Position numbers and translations under genes: made by a program | Notes under the pieces: model-generated | Told to the model about the DNA's origin: nothing | Seen by the model: only the letters and a program-made list of their open reading frames with translations | The model's database searches: none | Assembly (NCBI GenBank): GCA_038114285.1 | Contig: JAYNQN010000001.1 | Span: 120,454-184,453 of the forward strand | Direction: 5' to 3' | Length of the DNA: 64,000 nt | From: Gammaproteobacteria bacterium | GTDB lineage: Bacteria > Pseudomonadota > Gammaproteobacteria > Poriferisulfidales > GCA-002705445 | Shown: one piece after another, positions 22,093 to 32,770 of the stretch | Position numbering within the stretch: position 1 is the first letter of the stretch | How the letters are laid out: each line of letters begins with the position of its first letter

Positions 22093-22927
22093 AATGCCAA
22101 ATAATTTAATAAAAAGATTTATTACTGCGTTTATAATAATTTCAACTGTAATTTATATAATACTTTTTTCTAATGAAGTTGTTGTAAGATTATTTTTAAA
22201 CTTTATAATATTTTTATCTGCATTTGAAATATCCAAAATGTGCTTTTACAATGAAGGCTCAAAGAGTAATAAAAAATATTATTTATTTATAGTAACCATT
22301 TTTTTGTCAATTTTCATATGTAATTTATTAATAAAAAACGATATATGGCAGTACTTTATAATAGCTTCAATAATTATTTGGGGATTTATATTTAAGTATA
22401 TTTACTCTATAAAAGAAGTGCATAAAATAAATAATTTTTCCAATTTATATTTCTTTGTCTATATACTAGTGCTCTCTGCATTTTATTGCTCTGTTTATGT
22501 TATATATAAACTTTCTCCTTCATCATTAATATTTTTAATCGTATTAATAGCATTGAGCGACACTTCAGCATACTTTATTGGTAAAAGTTATGGTAACAGG
22601 CCTTTTTTCAATCAAATTAGTCCAAATAAAACTTTAGAAGGTTTTTTTGGTTCATTATTTTCATGTTTTGTATTTGTGATTTTATTTTGTTTTTTTAGAG
22701 ATTTTGATTTATATTTTTCTATCAAACTTATAATGTTGTCAACTTTTGCAGTGATAATATCCTCTTTTGGAGATTTATCTGTTAGCTTGATAAAAAGGTT
22801 TTCAGATAAAAAAGATACAGGTAGCATGCTCCCAGGGCATGGCGGGATACTAGATAGAGTTGATAGTATTTTGCCAGCAGCACCAATTTTCTTAATATTT
22901 AGTTATTTTTTATCTGTTATAATTTAA
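22079..22927 (+). CDS. cdsA: Phosphatidate cytidylyltransferase
   Basis: Multi-transmembrane protein with SPNKTLEGFFGS and GHGGILDRVDS signatures. Confidence 0.9.
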   Translation: MENLKMPNNLIKRFITAFIIISTVIYIILFSNEVVVRLFLNFIIFLSAFEISKMCFYNEGSKSNKKYYLFIVTIFLSIFICNLLIKNDIWQYFIIASIIIWGFIFKYIYSIKEVHKINNFSNLYFFVYILVLSAFYCSVYVIYKLSPSSLIFLIVLIALSDTSAYFIGKSYGNRPFFNQISPNKTLEGFFGSLFSCFVFVILFCFFRDFDLYFSIKLIMLSTFAVIISSFGDLSVSLIKRFSDKKDTGSMLPGHGGILDRVDSILPAAPIFLIFSYFLSVII

Positions 22928-22929
22928 TA

Positions 22930-24102
22930 ATGAAAGAAAACATTATTATCTTGGGTTCAACAGGAAGTATTGGGGTTAATACATTAAATGTAATTTCTTT
23001 AAACCCTAATTTATTTAATGTATTTGCACTTGCAGCCAATTCATCAGTCGATAAATTATTCGAACAATGTAAAATTTTCAAACCAAAGTTTGCTCATTTA
23101 AATGAAGAAAATTCTGCAAATAAATTAATTCAATTATTAAAAGATGCGAAATTAGAAGTAGAAGTTCTATTTGGCAAAGACTCATTATGCCAATTAGTTT
23201 CTCATTCGGAAAATGATGTTACTGTCTGCGCTATTTCTGGTTCTTCAGGTCTTGAATCGTCCGTAGCAGCAGTTAAATCAGGAAAAAAAATTCTTTTAGC
23301 AAATAAAGAGTCCTTGGTAATGTGTGGTGAACTTTTTATGAATTTAGCCAAACAATACAAATCAACTATTTTACCAGTAGATAGTGAGCATAATTCATTA
23401 CATCAATGTCTTGCCTCTAACAAAAATAGATCAGTTGAGAAAATAATTATTACAGCATCAGGGGGACCTTTTTTGAACAGTGAGATTGAAAATTTCGAAA
23501 GTTTTACTCCAAAGCAAGCATTAAATCATCCTACATGGTCTATGGGAAAAAAAATTTCAATTGATTCTGCTACAATGATGAATAAAGGCCTGGAGATAAT
23601 AGAGGCAATGCATTTGTTTAATTTAGAAGTTGAGCAAGTAGATGCGCTAATACATCCACAAAGTTTAATACATTCAATGGTTTGTTACTCGGATGGCTCA
23701 ATAATTATGCAGGCAAGTAAGAATGATATGAAAATACCGATTTCATATTGTTTAGGTTGGCCAGAAAGAATAGAATCAGGAGTTGAATTAATTAATTTAG
23801 TTAGTCAAAAATCCTTGAAATTTTTTGATATTTCAAGAGAAAGGTTTCCTTGTTTTTTCCTAGCTAGAGAAGCTGCAAAAGAAGGAGGCTCTTTTCCAAC
23901 AGCTATGAATGCAGCTAATGAAATTGCTGTCAAAGGGTTCTTGGATGAAAATATTAAATTTACTGATATTTATAAAGTTATCTCAGAAGTATTAAATAAA
24001 CATATTAAACAAGAATTAAAAACAGTAGATGATGTTATGCATGTTGATAATAAAGCGAGAACTGAAGCAAAAAATATAATCAAAAAATATATTTCTATAT
24101 GA
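22930..24102 (+). CDS. dxr: 1-deoxy-D-xylulose 5-phosphate reductoisomerase
   Basis: IIILGSTGSIGVNTL and LANKESLV are conserved Dxr blocks; 390 aa. Confidence 0.95.
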   Translation: MKENIIILGSTGSIGVNTLNVISLNPNLFNVFALAANSSVDKLFEQCKIFKPKFAHLNEENSANKLIQLLKDAKLEVEVLFGKDSLCQLVSHSENDVTVCAISGSSGLESSVAAVKSGKKILLANKESLVMCGELFMNLAKQYKSTILPVDSEHNSLHQCLASNKNRSVEKIIITASGGPFLNSEIENFESFTPKQALNHPTWSMGKKISIDSATMMNKGLEIIEAMHLFNLEVEQVDALIHPQSLIHSMVCYSDGSIIMQASKNDMKIPISYCLGWPERIESGVELINLVSQKSLKFFDISRERFPCFFLAREAAKEGGSFPTAMNAANEIAVKGFLDENIKFTDIYKVISEVLNKHIKQELKTVDDVMHVDNKARTEAKNIIKKYISI

Positions 24103-25448
24103 GTATTATTTATACAATATTAATTTTTATATTAACGATAAGTATTATAGTAACTTTTCATGAGTTTGGACACTATATTGCCGCAAGATTATGTGGTGTA
24201 AAAGTTCTAGAGTTTTCAGTTGGGTTTGGCAAAAGATTGTGTGGAAAAAAATTTGGATTTGACAATACAGATTATAAGATATGCGCATTACCTTTAGGTG
24301 GGTATGTTAAAATGCTTGATGAAAGAGAAGGTGTTGTTCATGAGAATGAAAAAGGTAGGGCTTTTAATAATCAGAGTTTACTCAAAAGAACACTAATAGT
24401 TTTTTCTGGACCACTATTTAATTTTATACTTGCTATATTTTTCTACTTATTAATTTTTATTAATGGGTATGATGGTTTTAAACCTGTGATCTATGATGTG
24501 ACGGAAAGAAGTATTGCAGAAGATATAGGGATTATGAATGGCGATAAAATTATTTCAATTAATTCTTCAAAAATTAACACGTGGAAGGATGTCACGCTGC
24601 AAACAATAAAATTTGCTTCTAATAAAAATAATATAAATATAAAAATATTAAGGAACAATAATGAAATTGAATTAGATGTGATTAATTATGAGCAGATAAA
24701 CTTTGACAATAAAAATATTATTGAACAGCTTGGTATTCTAAATTTTACAAATAAATCTACAACATTAGGATATATAGAGAAAAAAAGTCCTGCGTATGAA
24801 TCTGGATTATTAGTAAATGATAAAATTATTTCTATTAACGGAAAATTAGTTAGATCTTGGAATGATATAGTTTGGGTGATTAAAAATAATCCTGAAAAAA
24901 TATTAAATTTAAAAATTGTTCGAGATAATCTAGAAGTAAAATTAAATCTTAAGCCTTTACAAATTTTAAAAGATGGAAAAAAAATTGGAAGAGCAGGAAT
25001 TGGTCCTTATGTGGATAAAGAAGAAATTTTAAAAAATAAAATCCACGTTAAGCACAGTTTTTATCAGAGTATTTTGTTATCTTTTGAGAAAACATATGAC
25101 TTTACACTCCTAACTTGTAATTTTATCTTAAAACTTATAAAGGGTGAGACCTCATCAGATGGCATAGCTGGCCCAGTAGGCATTGCAGGCTATGCTGCAG
25201 ACTCTTTTAATAACGGTTATACTAGTTTTTTAGGATTGCTCGCTATGCTAAGCATTAGTATAGGTATACTAAATTTGCTGCCTATTCCTATGTTAGATGG
25301 GGGGCATTTAATGTATTATTTAATAGAATTTATAATAAGAAGGCCGGTACCAGATAAAATACAAATAGTAGCGCAACAATTAGGAATAACGTTTTTAATA
25401 CTACTTTCTTTTTTTGCACTTTATAACGATATTATGAGAATTATGTAA
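24099..25448 (+). CDS. rseP: Regulated intramembrane protease RseP (site-2 protease)
   Basis: HEFGHYIAARLCGVKV is a HExxH motif within a transmembrane helix; PDZ domains and a C-terminal LDGGH region are present; 449 aa. Confidence 0.9.
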   Translation: MSIIYTILIFILTISIIVTFHEFGHYIAARLCGVKVLEFSVGFGKRLCGKKFGFDNTDYKICALPLGGYVKMLDEREGVVHENEKGRAFNNQSLLKRTLIVFSGPLFNFILAIFFYLLIFINGYDGFKPVIYDVTERSIAEDIGIMNGDKIISINSSKINTWKDVTLQTIKFASNKNNINIKILRNNNEIELDVINYEQINFDNKNIIEQLGILNFTNKSTTLGYIEKKSPAYESGLLVNDKIISINGKLVRSWNDIVWVIKNNPEKILNLKIVRDNLEVKLNLKPLQILKDGKKIGRAGIGPYVDKEEILKNKIHVKHSFYQSILLSFEKTYDFTLLTCNFILKLIKGETSSDGIAGPVGIAGYAADSFNNGYTSFLGLLAMLSISIGILNLLPIPMLDGGHLMYYLIEFIIRRPVPDKIQIVAQQLGITFLILLSFFALYNDIMRIM

Positions 25449-27736
25449 TGGTTATGTTTAAAAAAATATTCTTAGTTTTATTTTTGCTATCAGCATTTAG
25501 TAAATCCTATGCTGATGAATCATTTGTAATTGAAGATATTGTCATTGAGGGGTTACAAAGAGTTGACGTAGGCACAATATATACATATTTGCCTTTTGAA
25601 GTAGGTGATACATTTGATGCATCAATGACACCATTAGTTATTAAAAGTTTGTTTAAATCAAAATTTTTTAACGATATAACACTTAAGAGAAAAAACAATA
25701 CATTAATAATTATATTAGATGAGAGACCAACAATAGTAGATATTGACTTTGAGGGTTTTGATGACATCGAGCCAGAACAATTAGATAAAATTCTTGATGC
25801 GGCAAATATTGCTTCAGGAAGAATATATGATAGTTCTGTACTTGAAAGAATTAAGTCAGAATTAAGAGAACAAAGTTTTGCAAGAGGAATATACTCAGTC
25901 GATATAGATATTCAAGAAACGTTGCTCCCAGAAAATAGAATTTATTTAAAGGTAGTAGTTAAGCAAGGTGTAAGAGCACAAATAAAGCAAGTTAAAATAG
26001 TAGGAAACAAATCATTTTCTGATAAAAAAATTAAACAAGATTTTGAAACAGCATTGCCAGTCTGGTATATGTTTTGGTCAGACAGTGGCGTGTACTCATC
26101 CCCTGTGCTCGGTGCAGACTTAGATAGATTAACAAGTTTTTATCAAGATAAAGGATATATGGATTTTGCAATTGAATCTACCCAAGTATCTTTGAGTAAA
26201 AATAAAGAAGAGGTTTATATAACAATAAGCATAGATGAGGGTGAGCAATATATTGTAAATAAAATAAATGTAGCTGGTAAACTTATTATTCCAATAAAAG
26301 AAATAGCAGAGCTAATTGAAATTACAACAGGAGAATACATCTCGAGAGCAAAGATTCTTCAATCAACAGAAAACATCAAGTCAAGGCTTAGTGAAGAAGG
26401 ATATGCATTTGCAAAAATTAATGCTATGCCAGAAAAAAATAAAGAAAATGACGAGGTTGATATAAGTTTTTATATTGACCCAGGAAATAGAGCTTATGTA
26501 AGAAGAATAAATATAACAGGAAATATAACAACTCAAGATGAAGTATTTAGGAGAGAAATTAGACAAATGGAAGGTGGTTGGTATTCTTCAAATGCAATAA
26601 AGGCTTCAGAGAGCAGACTTAGAAGACTCGCTTATGTGGAAAGCGTAAGAATCAAAGAAGTTAGAGTGCCTGGATCAATCAACAAAATAGATTTATATGT
26701 AAATATAGAAGAAAAATTATCAGGAAATTTTAATATTGGTGCTGGTATTGGCGGCTCAGGCACTGGTTTTAGTTTAACTGCCGGAGTAGAGCAAGACAAT
26801 TTTTTAGGTTTTGGAAGTAAAGTAGCATTTAATATTGCAACAGCAAAAACATCAAGAGAGTATTCGTTTAGTTTTTTTAATCCTTATCATAATCTAGATA
26901 GCGTGAGTAGATCATTTGGATTTAATTTACAAACCACAAAAACAGATAATACCGATACTGTTTCTGATTATGAAGCAGATAGAATTGGGCTTGACTATAG
27001 TTATGGTTTGCCAATGACAGAAAGTAATAGATTCTTTCTTGCTTTAAAATATTTGAAGTGGGATATAAGGTCAACAACAAATAGCCCCGATGAAATTATT
27101 AATTTTATAGCGCAAAATGGTGATAAATTTGATAACTTTTCATTTAATGTGAGTTATGCAATTGATACAAGAGATAGTAGGAGCTTTACAAGATCCGGAT
27201 TTAAGACTTCGCTAGGTACAGAAGTTTTTGTACCAGGTAGTGATTTGGAATACTATAAAGTTACCTTTTTTACAGACTCATATTTTTTAATCAATAAAGA
27301 AAGAGATATTATTTTAAGATTAAAAGGATCCACAAAATATGGCCAAGGTTATGCTGGGCAAAAAGGATTGCCGTTCTATGATAAATTTAGAACTGGTGGA
27401 CCTAAAAGTGTTAGAGGATATAAAAAGAATAGCTTATCGCCATTAGACTCACGCGGAAATTCACTTGGGGGCGACTTTGCAGTTACAGGATCTGCTGAGG
27501 TAATTTTTAAGCCTCCTCTCGATATAAAAAGCTTAAGAACAGCATTTTTTGCAGATTTTGGAAGAGCGTTTAAAGATTATGATTCTTTCGAATTTGGAGA
27601 TTTGAAGGGTTCTGCTGGACTTTCTGTTAAATATTTATCACCATTTGGCGGCATTAGTATAAATATAAGTACCCCACTAAATAGTGAAGCAGAAGATAAA
27701 ACTGAAAGCTTTCAGTTCAACCTTGGAACCAACTAG
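25448..27736 (+). CDS. bamA: Outer membrane protein assembly factor BamA
   Basis: 762 aa with a signal peptide, POTRA repeats and a C-terminal beta-barrel ending in an aromatic-rich terminus (FQFNLGTN); rseP-bamA-skp synteny. Confidence 0.9.
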   Translation: MVMFKKIFLVLFLLSAFSKSYADESFVIEDIVIEGLQRVDVGTIYTYLPFEVGDTFDASMTPLVIKSLFKSKFFNDITLKRKNNTLIIILDERPTIVDIDFEGFDDIEPEQLDKILDAANIASGRIYDSSVLERIKSELREQSFARGIYSVDIDIQETLLPENRIYLKVVVKQGVRAQIKQVKIVGNKSFSDKKIKQDFETALPVWYMFWSDSGVYSSPVLGADLDRLTSFYQDKGYMDFAIESTQVSLSKNKEEVYITISIDEGEQYIVNKINVAGKLIIPIKEIAELIEITTGEYISRAKILQSTENIKSRLSEEGYAFAKINAMPEKNKENDEVDISFYIDPGNRAYVRRINITGNITTQDEVFRREIRQMEGGWYSSNAIKASESRLRRLAYVESVRIKEVRVPGSINKIDLYVNIEEKLSGNFNIGAGIGGSGTGFSLTAGVEQDNFLGFGSKVAFNIATAKTSREYSFSFFNPYHNLDSVSRSFGFNLQTTKTDNTDTVSDYEADRIGLDYSYGLPMTESNRFFLALKYLKWDIRSTTNSPDEIINFIAQNGDKFDNFSFNVSYAIDTRDSRSFTRSGFKTSLGTEVFVPGSDLEYYKVTFFTDSYFLINKERDIILRLKGSTKYGQGYAGQKGLPFYDKFRTGGPKSVRGYKKNSLSPLDSRGNSLGGDFAVTGSAEVIFKPPLDIKSLRTAFFADFGRAFKDYDSFEFGDLKGSAGLSVKYLSPFGGISINISTPLNSEAEDKTESFQFNLGTN

Positions 27737-27774
27737 TTTATAATATAAAAAATAATTTCTGCAGGGGAACGACA

Positions 27775-28290
27775 ATGAAAAAACAATTTAAAAATATATT
27801 TATTATGATCTTGGGTATTTTTTTAACCAATCAAGTTTATGCTGGCGAATATAAAATAGGTTACGTAGATATTGGAAAAATTATAAATGAATCGCCGGCA
27901 GCAAAAGCGGCACAAAAAAAACTTGAGCAAGAATTTACACCGAGAAACAAAAAATTAGAGGCACAAGCAAAAAAAATTAACAAGCAAAAAGAAAAACTTC
28001 AAAAAGAGTCAGATATAATGTCTAAAGATCAGATAGAATCCTTGCAAAGAAAGATAATGAAAGCAGAAAGAGACTTGAAGAGAGATGCTACAGAAGCTCA
28101 AGAAGATTTTAAGCTTAGAAGAAGAGATGAGCTTGGTAAAATAGAAAATAGATTGAAAGAGGTAATACTTGGTATCGCAGAGAGCGGAAAGTATGACATG
28201 ATATTTACTAATGCAGATGTTACGTACGCAAGTGATAATTCAGCTATTAATATAACCTCAAAAGTTTTAAAAAAATTTAATTCAAATTAA
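27775..28290 (+). CDS. skp: Periplasmic chaperone Skp (OmpH)
   Basis: 171 aa with a signal peptide and a coiled-coil rich in K/E/Q; located between bamA and lpxD. Confidence 0.8.
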   Translation: MKKQFKNIFIMILGIFLTNQVYAGEYKIGYVDIGKIINESPAAKAAQKKLEQEFTPRNKKLEAQAKKINKQKEKLQKESDIMSKDQIESLQRKIMKAERDLKRDATEAQEDFKLRRRDELGKIENRLKEVILGIAESGKYDMIFTNADVTYASDNSAINITSKVLKKFNSN

Positions 28291-28295
28291 TATTT

Positions 28296-29300
28296 GTGAA
28301 ATACACTTTAAAAAAAATATCAGAAAAATTTGACGTTGATTTTATTGGTGATGAAGAATATGAAATTAACCAAGTTTCAAGTTTTGAAAATGCATCAAAA
28401 AATAGTGTTGTATTCTTCTCAGATAAGAAGTTTTTAAATTCTTTAAAAGAAACAAAATCTGAGGTTGTAATAACTACAAGAGAACTTTCAAAACTTTGTA
28501 AAAAAAATGTAATTCTTGCTAAAGACCCGCATTTATTATTTGCAAAAATATCTAAGTTATTTAATAAGAGAGAAATTATAAATTATGCAATTCATAACAG
28601 TGTTTATTCTCAAACAGACAATTTAAATAAAAAAATATTATTAGAGCCAAATGTTGTAATTGGTAAAAATGTAATTTTAGGTGATGATGTACATATAGGA
28701 GCTAACTCATATGTTGGTGACAATGTTAAAATTGGTTCAAATGTTTTTATATATCCAAATGTCACTATATATAAAGATATCTTTATTGGTAATAATGTAA
28801 TAATTCACTCAGGAACTGTGATTGGCTCGGATGGTTTTGGTTATGCTAATGAAAATAATATTTGGGTTAAAGTCCCGCAAACTGGAAGCGTTAGAATTGG
28901 TCATGATGTTGAAATAGGATCAAATACTTCTATAGATAGAGGTACCTTGAATGATACTGTTATTGGAAATGGTGTAAAAATAGACAATCAAATACAGATT
29001 GCACATAATGTTCATATTGGCGACAATACAGCAATAGCTGGATGTGTTGGTATTGCGGGAAGTGCGATAATTGGTAAAAATTGTACAATAGGTGGTGGAG
29101 CAGGAATACAAGGGCATATTAAAATTTGCGATAACACGCAGATAACAGGAATGACAAAAGTTTCGTGTGACATTAAAAAGCCTGGGGTATACTCTTCTGG
29201 AACACCTTTAATGCCAAATAATCAATGGCTGAAAAATGCTGTAAGGTTTAAACAATTAAATAAATTGTTTTTAAAAAATAAGAAAAGTAAAACGGAGTAA
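28296..29300 (+). CDS. lpxD: UDP-3-O-(3-hydroxyacyl)glucosamine N-acyltransferase
   Basis: 334 aa; a left-handed beta-helix with hexapeptide repeats; position upstream of fabZ-lpxA. Confidence 0.9.
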   Translation: MKYTLKKISEKFDVDFIGDEEYEINQVSSFENASKNSVVFFSDKKFLNSLKETKSEVVITTRELSKLCKKNVILAKDPHLLFAKISKLFNKREIINYAIHNSVYSQTDNLNKKILLEPNVVIGKNVILGDDVHIGANSYVGDNVKIGSNVFIYPNVTIYKDIFIGNNVIIHSGTVIGSDGFGYANENNIWVKVPQTGSVRIGHDVEIGSNTSIDRGTLNDTVIGNGVKIDNQIQIAHNVHIGDNTAIAGCVGIAGSAIIGKNCTIGGGAGIQGHIKICDNTQITGMTKVSCDIKKPGVYSSGTPLMPNNQWLKNAVRFKQLNKLFLKNKKSKTE

Positions 29301-29304
29301 AGTC

Positions 29305-29763
29305 TTGAATAACAAAGGAGATATTTTGGAGATTATGAATCTCCTGCCACATAGATATCCATTTCTTTTGGTAGATAAAATTTTAGCATTTGAAGAAGGA
29401 AAATCTATAGTGTGCATTAAAAATGTGAGTTTAAATGAACCTTTTTTTAATGGGCATTTTCCAAAATACCCAGTAATGCCAGGAGTATTAATTTTAGAAG
29501 CACTAGCTCAAGCTTCAGGTTTGTTGGTATTTAAAACTTCTGAATTATGCCCACCCAATGAAAGTTTGTATTTATTTGTTGGAATAGATAAAGCAAGATT
29601 TAAAAGACCTGTCGTTCCAGGTGACCAAATTGAGCTTAAAGTTGAAATGTCAAAAAGTAGACAAGGTTTTGCAATATTTGATGCTGTCGCTTCAGTTGAA
29701 AATGAAGTTGTTGCTTCAGCAGAATTAATGTGCGGTTTTAAAGAATTACCAGAAAATATATAG
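29305..29763 (+). CDS. fabZ: 3-hydroxyacyl-ACP dehydratase FabZ
   Basis: [12 protein letters not shown] and [17 protein letters not shown] are hot-dog fold motifs. Confidence 0.95.
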   Translation: MNNKGDILEIMNLLPHRYPFLLVDKILAFEEGKSIVCIKNVSLNEPFFNGHFPKYPVMPGVLILEALAQASGLLVFKTSELCPPNESLYLFVGIDKARFKRPVVPGDQIELKVEMSKSRQGFAIFDAVASVENEVVASAELMCGFKELPENI

Positions 29764-29772
29764 GATATTATT

Positions 29773-30564
29773 TTGTCAAAAATCCATCCAACAGCAATTA
29801 TTGATCCCTCATGTGAGATTCATTCAACAGTGGAAATTGGACCATACTCTGTCATAGGAAAAAATGTAACGATTGAGGAAAATACAATTATTGGTCCACA
29901 TGTTGTTATTTCTAGTAATTGTGAAATTGGAAAAAATAATAAAATTTATCAATTTGCATCAATTTCAGAAGTCCCACAAGATAAAAAATATCAGGGAGAA
30001 AATTCAAAGTTAGTTATTGGGTCAGGAAACACAATTAGAGAATACTGCACTATAAACCGAGGTACAAAAGCGGGGGGAAACTCTGTAACTTTAGTAGGAG
30101 ATAATAACTGGATAATGGCTTATGTACATATCGCACATGATTGTTTGATAGGTAATAATAATATTATGTCTAATGCTACATCTTTAGCAGGACATGTAGA
30201 GATTGGAAATAATATAGTATTAGCAGGATATGTTTTGGTGCATCAATTTTGTAGAATTGGAGATTATTCTTTTGCTGGCATGGGAGCTGCATTAAATCAA
30301 GATTTACCCCCATACCTTTTGGCAACCGGAAGTTTTGCGAAAACACATGGTCTAAATAGAGAAGGATTAAGAAGAAATAATTTTGATCAGAAGAAAATCA
30401 ATGCTTTGCATAAAGCTTATAAGTTAATCTTTAGATCAAGTAATAACCCAAAAAATACAAACGAGCTTGAAATTTTGAGTAATGAACATAATGAAGTGAA
30501 AAAATTATTAAACTTTATAGAAAAAAGTGAAAGAGGTGTAATACAGTCATCAAAGCAAGATTAG
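29773..30564 (+). CDS. lpxA: Acyl-ACP:UDP-GlcNAc O-acyltransferase
   Basis: 263 aa with hexapeptide repeats and a C-terminal helical domain; follows fabZ. Confidence 0.9.
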   Translation: MSKIHPTAIIDPSCEIHSTVEIGPYSVIGKNVTIEENTIIGPHVVISSNCEIGKNNKIYQFASISEVPQDKKYQGENSKLVIGSGNTIREYCTINRGTKAGGNSVTLVGDNNWIMAYVHIAHDCLIGNNNIMSNATSLAGHVEIGNNIVLAGYVLVHQFCRIGDYSFAGMGAALNQDLPPYLLATGSFAKTHGLNREGLRRNNFDQKKINALHKAYKLIFRSSNNPKNTNELEILSNEHNEVKKLLNFIEKSERGVIQSSKQD

Positions 30565-31700
30565 TTTTTTTTAAGCAAACGCTCTACTAAATCATAAATG
30601 TTTTCTTTAGATTTATCATCTAATAATTTACCTTCTAACGAGTCGTAGTCATCTAAAATCTTACTTATATAGTTTTTTTTATTTGTTAAATTTTCTATTT
30701 CACTCACCAAGTTATCACATGAAGCATTATATTGAATAAATTCTTTAATAGCATTTTTATTTAATACAATATTAACTAATGATATATATTTTATCTTTAC
30801 AAGAAACCTAGCAATAAAATATGTTAAATTAGATAACTTATAGAAAACGCACATAGGTATCTTTTTTAAAGCAATCTGCAAAGTAATTGTCCCAGAGGCA
30901 GCTACAGCAACTTTACACATATCAATAGTTTCATAAATATTCTTATTTGATATAAATTTAATATAGTTTTTTTCTGGAAAATTTTTTCTAAAAAAATCTT
31001 TATTTATATTACTTGAGCATGATATTAAAAACTTTTCTAAAGGATATTTTTTGTGGTATTTTTCAATAACACTTTTAATTATAGGAATATGTTTTTTAAC
31101 TTCATTTAGTCTACTGCCAGGAAAGAAGCCAATATATTTATAATTATTATGATATTTCTTTTTATATAAATTATTTTCTACAAGCGGATGCCCTACATAG
31201 GTAGCATTTACACCAAGTTTATTGTAATAATTTTTCTCGAATGGAAATATTACAGCCATTTCATCTACTGATTTTTTTATATTTTTAATTCTATTTTCTC
31301 TCCATGCCCAAACTTGAGGACTAATATAAAATAGAACTTTAATACCATTTTTTTTTGCATATCTTGCTAGTTTCATATTAAATTCTTGATAATCTATTAA
31401 TACCAATAAATCTGGTTTGATTGTTGTAATAGAATTTTTCATTTTATTTAGTGCACTTTTTAGTTTTGGGTATATTTTAAAAATTTCAATAAATCCAATC
31501 ACAGAAAGTTCTGATGAATTTACTATTATCTCTGCTTTAGTATCATGCATGTGAGTAGAACCCATGCCGTAAAATTTAATATGATTATATTTTGAAAGAT
31601 TATTAATAATATTTTTAGCATACATGTCTCCTGATTCTTCTCCTGCAACTAATATTATTTTTTTTATTTTTTTCATTTGATATTTTGTATTACTTCGCAA
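30561..31700 (-). CDS. lpxB: Lipid-A-disaccharide synthase
   Basis: 379 aa, GT19-like N-terminus (IILVAGEESGD). Sits on the opposite strand, overlapping the lpxA stop by 4 nt. Confidence 0.8.
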   Translation of the reverse strand: MRSNTKYQMKKIKKIILVAGEESGDMYAKNIINNLSKYNHIKFYGMGSTHMHDTKAEIIVNSSELSVIGFIEIFKIYPKLKSALNKMKNSITTIKPDLLVLIDYQEFNMKLARYAKKNGIKVLFYISPQVWAWRENRIKNIKKSVDEMAVIFPFEKNYYNKLGVNATYVGHPLVENNLYKKKYHNNYKYIGFFPGSRLNEVKKHIPIIKSVIEKYHKKYPLEKFLISCSSNINKDFFRKNFPEKNYIKFISNKNIYETIDMCKVAVAASGTITLQIALKKIPMCVFYKLSNLTYFIARFLVKIKYISLVNIVLNKNAIKEFIQYNASCDNLVSEIENLTNKKNYISKILDDYDSLEGKLLDDKSKENIYDLVERLLKKN

Positions 31701-32770
31701 ACTTTTTTAACTTCATCTTGAGTTAGATTTGGAAACATTGGTAGAGAAAGGCAGGTGTTTGCAATTAGATTTGAATTTTTGTATGCACATGAATCACTGT
31801 ATTTGTTTTTAAAAACTATTTGCTTTTCAAGCGACAAAGGATAATAAATTGCTGATGTAATATCATTTTTTTCTAATTCTTCTTTAATTGTATCTCTGGC
31901 TTCTGATGAAATAGTATATTGATGATAGACATGGAAACTATGATCTTCAGTTCTTGGTAGATTAATATAACTTATATTCTTTAATAAGCTGTTATAAGTC
32001 TTAGCTATATTTACTCTCTTTATGTTATTACTATCAATATACTTTAATTTTATATTTAATATTGCCGCTTGTATTTCATCTAGTCTGCTATTATAACCTA
32101 GTATGTTGTGATAGTATCTTTTGGAGCTACCATGGTTTTTTAATTTTTTGATAATATCATACGTCTCCTCGGAGTTTGTAGTCACCATACCACCATCACC
32201 GTAACAACCTAAATTTTTTGTTGGATAAAAACTAAAGCAGCCAATATCACCAATACTTCCAGTTCTTTGACAATTAATTCCAGCACCAAAACTTTGAGCA
32301 CAATCTTCAATTATTTTAATAGAGTCGTTATTGATTTCTTTTTTAAGTCCATTGATATCAAAAGGATTTCCAAATAGGTGAACTGGTATAATAGCTTTTG
32401 TTTTTTTTGTAATTTTTTTTAATATTTCATTTTTATCAATATTGTACGAATTTTTATCTATATCAGCGAATACTGGTTTAGCTCCAACATACATTATTGC
32501 CTCTAATGTAGATATAAAAGTAAAAGGAGTTGTTATAACTTCGTCATCTTTTTTAAGGCCAAGTGATCTTAATGCAAAATGAAGGGCATCAGTACCTGAA
32601 TTACATGATATTGCATATTTAGTCCCAATATATTTAGCAATATTTTTTTCAATAGATTCTACATTCTTCCCACCAATAAAACTGGTATTAGCAAAAACAT
32701 TCTCTAACTCAGCCTTAACTTCGTCTTTTATTAATGAATATTCTTTTTTTAAATCAAATTGAGGTATCAT
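31673..32770 (-). CDS. DegT/DnrJ/EryC1/StrS-family PLP-dependent sugar aminotransferase, putative UDP-3-keto-GlcNAc aminotransferase (GnnB-like)
   Basis: 365 aa with the sugar-aminotransferase fold (NSGTDALHFALRSLGL..., FSFYPTKNLGCYGDGG). Lies in the lipid A cluster next to lpxB and a Gfo/Idh/MocA oxidoreductase. Confidence 0.65.
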   Translation of the reverse strand: MIPQFDLKKEYSLIKDEVKAELENVFANTSFIGGKNVESIEKNIAKYIGTKYAISCNSGTDALHFALRSLGLKKDDEVITTPFTFISTLEAIMYVGAKPVFADIDKNSYNIDKNEILKKITKKTKAIIPVHLFGNPFDINGLKKEINNDSIKIIEDCAQSFGAGINCQRTGSIGDIGCFSFYPTKNLGCYGDGGMVTTNSEETYDIIKKLKNHGSSKRYYHNILGYNSRLDEIQAAILNIKLKYIDSNNIKRVNIAKTYNSLLKNISYINLPRTEDHSFHVYHQYTISSEARDTIKEELEKNDITSAIYYPLSLEKQIVFKNKYSDSCAYKNSNLIANTCLSLPMFPNLTQDEVKKVCEVIQNIK